A DNA stretch of 64,000 bases, from IMG/VR virus record IMGVR_UViG_3300013383_000019. One strand, 5' to 3'. Origin of the DNA: a virus. Its lineage: Duplodnaviria > Heunggongvirae > Uroviricota > Caudoviricetes. Positions 54,096 through 61,867 of the stretch are shown here, piece by piece. The translations under genes were made by a program, and so were the position numbers. The notes under the pieces are model-generated. The model was not told the origin of the DNA. It did not search any database and worked only from the letters and a program-made list of their open reading frames with translations. How positions within the stretch are numbered: the first letter of the stretch is position 1; every line of letters begins with the position of its first letter.

Positions 54096-56413
54096 TCCCC
54101 GACAAATATGCGCGCTATCGTCCGGAAGCAAATTTCATCAGACGTTATATGGATGAAAAATGCGCCGCCGAAAGCAGCGACTATGATCCAAACTCCAATG
54201 TCAGTTCAAAGAATCTGGCCACCCTCGCGTCCGAAAGCGGTAAGCGCGGCCGCATCTATACCAGCCGGTTGATGATGCACGATATGCTCACCGCCATGTA
54301 CGGCGAGGAAGAGGCCGACAGCTACATTGACAACCTCGAAACCCATCGTGTCTATTGCCATGATGAAACCGGCCAAACCCCGCAGATCTATTGCGCCAGC
54401 ATCACCATGTACCCGTTCCTACTGCACGGCTTGAAGGGGCTGGGCGGCACGTCGGATGCTCCCAAGACGCTGCAAAGTTTCGCCGGCGGGTTTGTCAATC
54501 TGGTGTTCGCCGCCTCCGCTCAGGTGCTCGGCGCGATTGCCACTCCAGAGTTTCTCGCCTATATGAACTATTTCCTCGTCAAGGAATACGGCGAAGATTA
54601 TTATCTGAAGCCTGATACGCAGGCCGAGCTCTTTGGCCGCAAGCGCACCATTGATAACGTGATCACCGATACCTTCGCGCAGGTTGTCTACTCGGTCAAT
54701 CAACCGGCGGCGGCGCGCGGCAATCAGGCCGTCTTCTGGAATATTTCCTATTTTGATGAGCCGTATTTCCGCGGGCTGTTCGAAGGTTTCGCCTTCCCGG
54801 ACGGCACAGTAATGACCGATCTCTGGGAGTCCCTCTGGTGGCTGCAGGTTCGGTTTATGAAGTGGTTTAATCAGGAGCGGCTCCGCAAGATCATCACCTT
54901 CCCGGTCGAAACGTTCTCTCTCCTGAACAACGGCAAGACGGCTGTTGACCAGCGGGCACTGAAGCATATCGCCGAGATGTATGCCGAAGGGCACAGTTTT
55001 TTCACTTATACCAGCGATAGCGTGGATAGCTTGAGTTCGTGCTGCTTTGCGCCGGATACACTGTTCTCCGTCTGGGACCAGCATAACACATTGCTTGTCG
55101 GGGCTGCAGAGCGTCTTTACCAGATGCTTGAACAGGAACAGGATTTTCGTGTTCGGGTTATGCTCGGTGAGGAAGTGGTTCCCGCGACTCTCATTCGTCT
55201 CCCCGGCCGTCAGATGTATTTTATCACAATCGACGTCAAGCCGAACGCCCGCCGTATGTATGAGGTGACGGATAACCATCTTTTCCCCACCCGGCGCGGA
55301 GACGTCCAGGCGAAGGAGCTCGTCGAGGGGGATGAAGTCCAGTGTTGGGATCCCGAAAGCAGGATGTATACATACCGCCCGGTATCTGAGGTGATCGAGA
55401 GCGCCAATACATACGATTATGTTTACTGCCTCGAGGTTGATGATGGGTGCGAGCCCTACTTCATGCTTCCCTCCGGAGTAATTACGCATAACTGCCGCCT
55501 GAAAAACAACATCGTTGAAAACCAGTTCACTTACAGCCTTGGCGCGGGCGGCATCGCGACCGGCTCCAAGCGCGTCATGACCATCAATATCAACCGGCTC
55601 GTTCAGGGCTGCGGCGGCGATCTGGCCAAGGTCAAAGCCTCGCTTGACGATCTGACCGCGCATGTCCATCGCTATTTGAAAGCGTATAACGCGATGGTGA
55701 AGGATGCGCAGGCCAAGCATATGATCCCGCTTTATGACGCAGGGTTCGTTTCGCCGGAGAAGCAGTATCTTACCGTTGGCATCAACGGTCTGGTCGAGGC
55801 GGCGGAGTATCTGGGCATTCCGGTCGGTGACAACAAGGCTTACGGCGAGTTCACTGATCTCATCCTTGATACGATTCACCGGCGGAACGTGGCCGATGCC
55901 GAGCCGGGCGTTATGTTTAACACGGAGTACGTGCCAGCCGAAAGCTTAGGCGTGAAGAACGCCAAATGGGATAAAGCCGACGGGCTCTCCGTCCCGAGAG
56001 CGTGTTATAACAGCTATTTCTTCGTGGTTGAAGATCCTAAAACAACGGTTCTTGATAAGATTCGGCTGCATGGCGATCGTTATATCCGCAATCTCGACGG
56101 CGGCAGCGCCTGCCATATCAACCTCGAAGAACACCTCACCGCTCGCCAGTACGAGCTGCTCATTCTCAACGCGATTCATGAAGGCTGCTCGTATTTTACC
56201 TTCAACGTTCCCAATACCATCTGCAACGACTGCGGGTATATCAGCAAGCACAAGCTGGAGAAGTGCCCAAAGTGCAGCAGTGAAAATCTGGATTATGCCA
56301 CGCGCATCATCGGCTATCTGACCCGCGTGTCGAAGTGGTCGGCCGAGCGCAAGAATGAATATGACCGGAGGTATTTCGGTGGACAGGAATATGAAAATCA
56401 AACTGAATCCTGA
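54092..56413 (+). CDS. nrdD: Anaerobic ribonucleoside-triphosphate reductase NrdD (class III), containing a mini-intein.
   Basis: C-terminal zinc ribbon CNDCGY..CPKCSS plus the glycyl-radical motif RIIGYL; large catalytic core. Confidence 0.8.
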   Translation: MIPDKYARYRPEANFIRRYMDEKCAAESSDYDPNSNVSSKNLATLASESGKRGRIYTSRLMMHDMLTAMYGEEEADSYIDNLETHRVYCHDETGQTPQIYCASITMYPFLLHGLKGLGGTSDAPKTLQSFAGGFVNLVFAASAQVLGAIATPEFLAYMNYFLVKEYGEDYYLKPDTQAELFGRKRTIDNVITDTFAQVVYSVNQPAAARGNQAVFWNISYFDEPYFRGLFEGFAFPDGTVMTDLWESLWWLQVRFMKWFNQERLRKIITFPVETFSLLNNGKTAVDQRALKHIAEMYAEGHSFFTYTSDSVDSLSSCCFAPDTLFSVWDQHNTLLVGAAERLYQMLEQEQDFRVRVMLGEEVVPATLIRLPGRQMYFITIDVKPNARRMYEVTDNHLFPTRRGDVQAKELVEGDEVQCWDPESRMYTYRPVSEVIESANTYDYVYCLEVDDGCEPYFMLPSGVITHNCRLKNNIVENQFTYSLGAGGIATGSKRVMTININRLVQGCGGDLAKVKASLDDLTAHVHRYLKAYNAMVKDAQAKHMIPLYDAGFVSPEKQYLTVGINGLVEAAEYLGIPVGDNKAYGEFTDLILDTIHRRNVADAEPGVMFNTEYVPAESLGVKNAKWDKADGLSVPRACYNSYFFVVEDPKTTVLDKIRLHGDRYIRNLDGGSACHINLEEHLTARQYELLILNAIHEGCSYFTFNVPNTICNDCGYISKHKLEKCPKCSSENLDYATRIIGYLTRVSKWSAERKNEYDRRYFGGQEYENQTES
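55043..55492 (+). mobile_element. Mini-intein of 150 aa without an endonuclease domain, inside nrdD.
   Basis: N-terminal block C|CFAPDTLF; C-terminal VITHN|C; Hint-domain length; the flanks rejoin to a ..SSC-CRL.. extein. Confidence 0.6.
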
Positions 56414-56576
56414 TAAGGATTTCGTCGCGATGCTCAGGGGGAGAATAGCCGCTAACAACGGCTATTGCCCCTGCCGGGTCGAGAAGACTGATGATAACAA
56501 ATGTCCGTGCCTTGCGTTCCGGACGACAAAGGAATGTTGCTGCGGCCTCTATGTGCAGGTACCGGCCGATGATTAA
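56391..56576 (+). CDS. Second FTR-catalytic-chain-like small Cys protein.
   Basis: GYCPCRVEKTDDNKCPCLAFRTTKECCCGLY; paralog of 50513..50731. Confidence 0.45.
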   Translation: MKIKLNPDKDFVAMLRGRIAANNGYCPCRVEKTDDNKCPCLAFRTTKECCCGLYVQVPADD

Positions 56577-57045
56577 ATACACCGGTTACAGCGTCGTCCT
56601 GCAGGAAGTCCCTGATGAAATCAGTCTCGCGGTGGAGGTTTCAAACTGCCCGCATCGCTGCCCCGGCTGTCACTCGCCGGAGCTGCAGCAGGATGTCGGC
56701 TATGATCTTGAGCACGATCTTCCAACTTTACTCAAGGAGTATGCGGGCCGAATTACCTGCGTCTGCTTTATGGGTGAGGGGAATGACCGAGACGCGCTGG
56801 CGCGATGCCTGATGTCGGTGCGGAAGGCGGGACTTAAAACCTGCCTCTATTCCGGCTCGCAGGTGTTCGATCTCTCCCTTCAGTGCTGGGTTGATTACTA
56901 CAAAATCGGCCCCTACATTGAAGAGCGCGGTGGGCTCGACTCACCGAACACCAATCAGTCCATGTGGCTGCTGTCATCCGGCAAAAACGGTATGGCAATG
57001 AACTACTCCAATATCACTTATAAATTCCAACATAGAAAGGTTTGA
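56569..57045 (+). CDS. nrdG: Anaerobic RNR activating protein NrdG (radical SAM).
   Basis: CPHRCPGCHS cluster; about 158 aa; immediately downstream of nrdD. Confidence 0.7.
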   Translation: MIKYTGYSVVLQEVPDEISLAVEVSNCPHRCPGCHSPELQQDVGYDLEHDLPTLLKEYAGRITCVCFMGEGNDRDALARCLMSVRKAGLKTCLYSGSQVFDLSLQCWVDYYKIGPYIEERGGLDSPNTNQSMWLLSSGKNGMAMNYSNITYKFQHRKV

Positions 57046-57049
57046 TGTG

Positions 57050-57226
57050 ATGGGTGCTCCTCAAATTATTGTAATTATTCTGTATTCGCTTTCTTTCCTT
57101 GTGAATTTGCTAAACGCTCTTAAAGAGAAAGACCCGACTAAAATAGCAGCCGGCTGTATCGGGTCGGTTGTAGGAACAGGAATGATGGTCGGCCTGCTCC
57201 TCTGGGGCGGTTTCTTTGGAGGTTAA
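57050..57226 (+). CDS. Small two-TM membrane protein, 58 aa.
   Basis: MGAPQIIVIILYSLSFLVNLL...GMMVGLLLWGGFFGG. Confidence 0.35.
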   Translation: MGAPQIIVIILYSLSFLVNLLNALKEKDPTKIAAGCIGSVVGTGMMVGLLLWGGFFGG

Positions 57227-57230
57227 TATT

Positions 57231-57458
57231 ATGGGCGAAGTAAAACGCGTCTGCTCCTGTAAAAAAGGCGGCTGTGCGGTGAGGTATAAAACGCTCGTTC
57301 GAGATTACGAGCACACGCTTGTCCGCTGTCAGAACCTGAATCTGTATTGCGACTATTTGCTGAAACACTTTCTAGGTCAGTCGCAGCGCGACGCCGTCAT
57401 GGAACGCTTCAGCGGGATGCCTGGCTATAGCGAAGCGGAGGCGCTCGGAGTCGAATGA
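57231..57458 (+). CDS. Cys-rich small protein, 75 aa.
   Basis: RBS ggaggt; CSCKKGGC..C..C. Confidence 0.45.
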   Translation: MGEVKRVCSCKKGGCAVRYKTLVRDYEHTLVRCQNLNLYCDYLLKHFLGQSQRDAVMERFSGMPGYSEAEALGVE

Positions 57459-57652
57459 CCAACTCCTTCATTGTTTCCGCGCTCCACACAGGCCGGAACG
57501 TCGAAGTTTATGCTGTTCGTAACGATAAGAACGGCTACCCGCAATTCCTCGTCTATGAAAATCGTCAATGGTGTTGGCGTTCTGCAAAAAACTACGAGCC
57601 GCTGTCTGCGGCCGGAAAGGAAATGCCTGTAAACGGATATGAAATTGAGTGA
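57455..57652 (+). CDS. Hypothetical protein, 65 aa.
   Basis: Track ORF with a 4-nt overlap. Confidence 0.4.
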   Translation: MTNSFIVSALHTGRNVEVYAVRNDKNGYPQFLVYENRQWCWRSAKNYEPLSAAGKEMPVNGYEIE

Positions 57653-58880
57653 ACTGGAAACGATCGAGCAGACTGACCCGCAAGTGTCTGCCCTAATTCG
57701 TAAAGAATATCTGCGTCAGACGGGCGGAATCGAACTGATCGCCTCGGAGAATTATCCAAGTCCCGCCGTGCTGGCCGCGGCCGGTTCTATTCTGACCTGT
57801 AAATACGCCGAAGGGTATCCCGGCAGGCGCTATTATGGCGGTTGTGAGTATATTGACGAAATCGAGCGTCTGGCCATTGAGCGCGCGAAGCAGCTCTTCG
57901 GGGCCGAACATGCTAATGTGCAGCCGCATTGCGGCACCACGACCAACAACGCCGTCTACGCTGCGGTGCTCAAACCGGGCGATAAGGTGCTGGGGATGTC
58001 GCTCAGCGGCGGCGGCCACCTGAGCCATTGCAATCCGCAAGGCCAGGGCGGTCGGCTTTACGACGCGGTGCTCTACGGGGTTAATGAAGAAACCGGCCTG
58101 ATCGACTACGACAGGGTTTATGACCTCGCTCAGCAGCATCGGCCGAAGCTCATCGTCTGCGGCGCTTCCGCTTATTCCCGTGTGATCGATTTCAAAAAGT
58201 TCCGCGAGATTGCCGATAGCGTCGGCGCTTATCTTCTGGCCGATATCGCGCATATCGCAGGTCTGGTCGCGACGGGGCTTCATCCTTCTCCTGTCCCCTA
58301 CGCTGATTTTGTAACGACTACCACACATAAAACGTTACGCGGTCCTCGCGCCGGGTTGATTCTGTGCAAAGCCGAGTATGCCAGGCAGATTGATCTTGCG
58401 GTGTTCCCCCGCCTGCAGGGCGGCCCCTTGGAACATATCATCGCAGCCAAAGCTATTGCCTTTAAGGAAGCGCTAGAACCCGGCTTTAAGCAGTATCAGA
58501 AGCACGTGCTAAAAAACGCGAAGACGTTCGAGCGGGTTCTTACCGAACGCGGCGTCCGTCTTGTCACCGGCGGCACCGATAATCATCTGCTTCTGCTCAA
58601 TGTCTCCCATGCGGGCAAGACAGGCAAGGAAATTGAGGCCGCTCTCGGCGCGTGTCATATCACGGTTAACAAGAATACCATTCCCGGCGAGAAGCTAAGC
58701 CCCAACGTGGCAAGCGGTATCCGCATCGGCTCTCCCGCCATTACGACGCGCGGCATGCGTGAGCCGGAAGTAAAATTTATTGCTAACACAATCGCCGATA
58801 TTCTTGAAGGCGCGAACCCGTCGGATTATGCGAAAGACGTTCGCGATCTTGCCCTTAATTTCCCGCTGTTTATGAGGTGA
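57639..58880 (+). CDS. glyA: Serine hydroxymethyltransferase.
   Basis: IELIASENY; PLP-binding motif [14 protein letters not shown]; 413 aa. Confidence 0.85.
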   Translation: MKLSELETIEQTDPQVSALIRKEYLRQTGGIELIASENYPSPAVLAAAGSILTCKYAEGYPGRRYYGGCEYIDEIERLAIERAKQLFGAEHANVQPHCGTTTNNAVYAAVLKPGDKVLGMSLSGGGHLSHCNPQGQGGRLYDAVLYGVNEETGLIDYDRVYDLAQQHRPKLIVCGASAYSRVIDFKKFREIADSVGAYLLADIAHIAGLVATGLHPSPVPYADFVTTTTHKTLRGPRAGLILCKAEYARQIDLAVFPRLQGGPLEHIIAAKAIAFKEALEPGFKQYQKHVLKNAKTFERVLTERGVRLVTGGTDNHLLLLNVSHAGKTGKEIEAALGACHITVNKNTIPGEKLSPNVASGIRIGSPAITTRGMREPEVKFIANTIADILEGANPSDYAKDVRDLALNFPLFMR

Positions 58881-58883
58881 AGC

Positions 58884-59156
58884 ATGAAAACATTGAATGA
58901 AATTATCGATGGACTTTCCGCTCTCCGCGACCAGGACCATGAGCTGATTGACGATGCGATTACCACATTGATCTATCTGGATGAGGTTGCCGCCGCAATG
59001 GGATGGGACGTTCTCAAGCGGGTTTCTAAAGCCTATGCCGGCGGGGACCTGTACTTGTATGGGCGCAACGGGATGATTTACAGCCGCGTATCGGGCAAAG
59101 CAATGCCTGTTGAAGACGCGATTGATGAATTCGTGGCGAAGGTAGAATCCGACTAA
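58884..59156 (+). CDS. Hypothetical protein, 90 aa.
   Basis: Track ORF. Confidence 0.45.
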   Translation: MKTLNEIIDGLSALRDQDHELIDDAITTLIYLDEVAAAMGWDVLKRVSKAYAGGDLYLYGRNGMIYSRVSGKAMPVEDAIDEFVAKVESD

Positions 59157-59218
59157 CTTCGCATATTGCCGGCCTGCGCCGTGCAATGAGTGCGGAAGCC
59201 GCCCGGAGCCCATTACAG

Positions 59219-59449
59219 CTAACACCGAATGGGCAATCCGGACTGTTTCTCGATACTAACCTAAGTACCGATTCGTATCGACTCCCGGCCTGTGGGGACT
59301 TTTACGTGTGACGTCTAGCCCTGTTTAACAAAGATAGTGTCTCCGCCCGTCCTCCGGCGTTTGTCTTCTACGAATCCGTGCTCTTTGAGTATTGAGATAA
59401 CTTCCCGAGAAGATATGTTCTTCTTCAAGAAAATCACCTCCGCACTCAT
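59219..59449 (-). CDS. hicA: HicA-family mRNA-interferase toxin (orphan) with two in-frame TAG codons; it ends in TAG followed by one codon and a TAA.
   Basis: MSAEVIFLKKNISSREVISILKEHGFVEDKRRRTGGDTIFVKQG*TSHVKVPTGRESIRIGT*VSIEKQSGLPIRC aligns with the HicA consensus ..LIKLLEK.GF..VRQKGSH.IF.HP.G...TVP.H.GKDLK.GTLRSILKQAGL; the second TAG sits at the conserved GT-L position. Confidence 0.55.
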
Positions 59450-59504
59450 TATACGGCACGGGGCGACAATATACAACCATTAAAAGCAAAGGTGATGATA
59501 CGGT

Positions 59505-60215
59505 TTGGCAAAACGAAAAACTATCGATTATTCTAACCCGCCGGAGACACTGGACGATCATCCGTTCTTCGGCCTCCAGCTTGACGGCGAACAGAGGGCG
59601 TTTCGCGACGCGATCTGGGACCCCGAAAAGCTGATCGTTCTCTGCGATGCGAAAGCCGGCTGCGGCAAAACAACCATCGCAGTTATGACGGCCGAACTGC
59701 TCGTCAAATATGGGCGTTATGAGGGCATCGTTTACGTCACTTCCCCTGTACAGGAACAGAAGATCGGGTTTCTCCCCGGCACCGTGCAGGATAAGCTCTC
59801 TGTTTATAACGAGCCGTTTTATCAGGCGGCGCTCAAGGCCGGCATCGATGTAATGCACGCTGTCAAGCAGGAGAACATGATGAACGTAAAGGAGGATACC
59901 GCGTATATCGACTGTGTGTCCCACACCTTCTTCCGCGGGCAAAACATCGAAAATAAGGTCGTTATCATCGATGAAGCGCAGAACTATTACTTCGATGAGC
60001 TCAAGAAAACCCTGACCCGCATCCATGACAGCTGCAAAACAATCGTCATCGGTCATACCGGCCAGTGCGATCTGTATCACCGGCCTGAACATTCCGGCTT
60101 TGTGGATTATCTGGCCGAGGCGAGATATGAACCTTTTGCCGCCGTCTGTAAACTGACCCATAACTATCGCGGTGTTGTGTCCAACTGGGCTGACAGCGTA
60201 GAACATAGATCCTGA
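59505..60215 (+). CDS. phoH: PhoH-like ATPase.
   Basis: Walker A DAKAGCGKTTIA; PhoH-like size and conservation; probable TTG start. Confidence 0.7.
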   Translation: MAKRKTIDYSNPPETLDDHPFFGLQLDGEQRAFRDAIWDPEKLIVLCDAKAGCGKTTIAVMTAELLVKYGRYEGIVYVTSPVQEQKIGFLPGTVQDKLSVYNEPFYQAALKAGIDVMHAVKQENMMNVKEDTAYIDCVSHTFFRGQNIENKVVIIDEAQNYYFDELKKTLTRIHDSCKTIVIGHTGQCDLYHRPEHSGFVDYLAEARYEPFAAVCKLTHNYRGVVSNWADSVEHRS

Positions 60216-60226
60216 GAGGAGAACAT

Positions 60227-60844
60227 ATGGACGGACTTGTACTTCCTATTCTTTCTGATAACGTTGGCAATTATCAGTTGCCAGATCCTGAACTGGTATC
60301 CTATTACACGCTGGAAAAAGAGCGCAAACTCTGGCTCGACGGCGAAGTCGATATCAACATGCTCGAGTATGAGCGGCTGATCCTCCGCTGGAACATTGAA
60401 GACGCGGGCAAGCCGGTCAATGAGCGCAAACCGATCTGGCTGTATCTGATGAATTACGGCGGCGACGCCGATATGATGTGGTCTTTCATTGATACAATCG
60501 AATCCTCTGTGACGCCGGTTTATACGGTTAACATGGGCGTGTGCGCTTCAGCGGCTGGTATCATCTTCCTCAGCGGTCATAAGCGTTTCATGCTTCCCCG
60601 CGCTCGCGTTGTAATCCACGAGGGCAGCGCCTCCCTTTCCGGCGACAGCACCAAGGTGTTCGACGCGGCCGACAGCTACAAAAGTTCCCTAAAAGCCATG
60701 AAGGAACATATCCTCAAGAAGACCAACATTCCTGCTAAGCTGCTGAATAAAAAGCGCAACAATGACTGGGAACTGGATTCCGTTTTTTGCCTTGAGCACG
60801 GAGTCTGCGACATCATTGTGAAAACAATGGACGAAATTATTTAA
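60227..60844 (+). CDS. ClpP-family serine peptidase.
   Basis: PIWLYLMNYGGDADMMWSFIDTIE..VNMGVCASAAGIIFLSG..RVVIHEGS is a ClpP-like fold with Ser and His. Confidence 0.65.
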   Translation: MDGLVLPILSDNVGNYQLPDPELVSYYTLEKERKLWLDGEVDINMLEYERLILRWNIEDAGKPVNERKPIWLYLMNYGGDADMMWSFIDTIESSVTPVYTVNMGVCASAAGIIFLSGHKRFMLPRARVVIHEGSASLSGDSTKVFDAADSYKSSLKAMKEHILKKTNIPAKLLNKKRNNDWELDSVFCLEHGVCDIIVKTMDEII

Positions 60845-60877
60845 CCCACCCCATCATTGCGGTCTGCCGTTTACAAA

Positions 60878-60915
60878 CAAAAATGGACATGCCCAGTAGA
60901 AGGCCGTCCATTTTG
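60878..60915. terminator. Bidirectional rho-independent terminator.
   Basis: Stem aaaatggac / gtccatttt with T-runs on both strands. Confidence 0.55.
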
Positions 60916-60926
60916 AAGCGAGGTCG

Positions 60927-61139
60927 CTCACCGGTGATCATCAAAATTCACACCGGTTTGCCGCCCGATACTCTTCTAGGTTCCCGCTGGGAGTTCTTTG
61001 CTGCGGGGTACCGTAACGTGGAGCCCGTTCTCAGGGTTCTCAAGAACCGTATGGCTTCCCTTACCACGGTTTTTGAGCTTGCGCCACTGCTACTTTTCGA
61101 GTATCGAGATAACCTCTTTGCTACCTAACGGCTTATGCA
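60927..61139 (-). CDS. hicA: Second HicA-family toxin paralog with two in-frame TAG codons (codons 17 and 55).
   Basis: MHKPLGSKEVISILEK*QWRKLKNRGKGSHTVLENPENGLHVTVPRSKELPAGT*KSIGRQTGVNFDDHR; GSH, TVP and GT-[TAG] align with the HicA consensus. Confidence 0.55.
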
Positions 61140-61266
61140 TTGAAGCCACCTCCTGTGGCTATTATACACAAACACGCGGCAGACTGCAATGTTTTCTTTT
61201 GTGAACGGGGAGATGGAGCGGTACAGCAATATTAAGGGGCGATCGCGTTAACCCCGCCGGTTTCTA

Positions 61267-61431
61267 TTACCGGCAATGCTGCTCCCAAGTACAAATAGTG
61301 TACTTAGGCTCAGGTTTGTTTTTCCTGGCCTTTTCGAGTTGCCCCGTCAGCCAGGTTTTCATCTATGAGATCACCTTTTTGACGACGTACTCAAGAAACA
61401 GTTCGATCATAACGTCACAAACATGTTCCAT
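61267..61431 (-). CDS. Small protein upstream of hicA-2, MEHVCDVMIELFLEYVVKKVIS*MKTWLTGQLEKARKNKPEPKYTICTWEQHCR. It is either read through at the TAG or is two coupled mini-ORFs joined TAG-ATG.
   Basis: RBS aaaggag; the TAG is immediately followed by ATG. Confidence 0.3.
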
Positions 61432-61549
61432 TGGCACATCGCTCCTTTCACATAGCGCTACGCATCCCGATGCATCAGGTGCGGCTATGTAAACGCGATC
61501 GCCTCCGCTCCTCTCCCCGCCGACACAATTATATCATAAGGAGAACACA

Positions 61550-61867
61550 ATGACATTTGACTTATTCGATGAAATTCTGCACCGATTGATGGAATGGAAC
61601 GACTTCTGCGAAAAGGTTTCGGATGCAACAGACGACGCCATACGCCTTCCTGAACTGTGCCAGCTGGACGATCCCATTGTAAACCTGCTGGAAATTATTA
61701 TGAAAGATAAAGAAAACGACTGGACCGGCTACTTCTGTTGGGAGCTTAACTTCGGCCGGCGATATAAACCTGGCATGATAACGGACGGGGACAAAGACAT
61801 TCCGCTCGCCACCACACGCGATCTGTATAACCTGCTGCTTGAAAACATGAAGGAGGATAAGGTTTAA
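61550..61867 (+). CDS. Hypothetical protein, 105 aa.
   Basis: Track ORF with RBS aaggaga. Confidence 0.5.
   Translation: MTFDLFDEILHRLMEWNDFCEKVSDATDDAIRLPELCQLDDPIVNLLEIIMKDKENDWTGYFCWELNFGRRYKPGMITDGDKDIPLATTRDLYNLLLENMKEDKV

Noticed and set aside
393-61431. Plain pseudogenisation as the explanation for the TAG-interrupted genes.
   Set aside because: It is too systematic for that. More than 12 loci use TAG exclusively. The TAG positions are conserved between paralogs. The TAGs fall at conserved residues, and the frames are intact on both sides. I keep it only as the alternative for the frameshifted copy at 1412.
60845-61549. Possible structured non-coding RNA (ribozyme or intron fragment) in the 700 bp gap after the ClpP-like gene.
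   Set aside because: The region is better explained by a bidirectional terminator plus the minus-strand hicA-2 paralog and its upstream small ORF. No ribozyme or intron core motifs were recognised.
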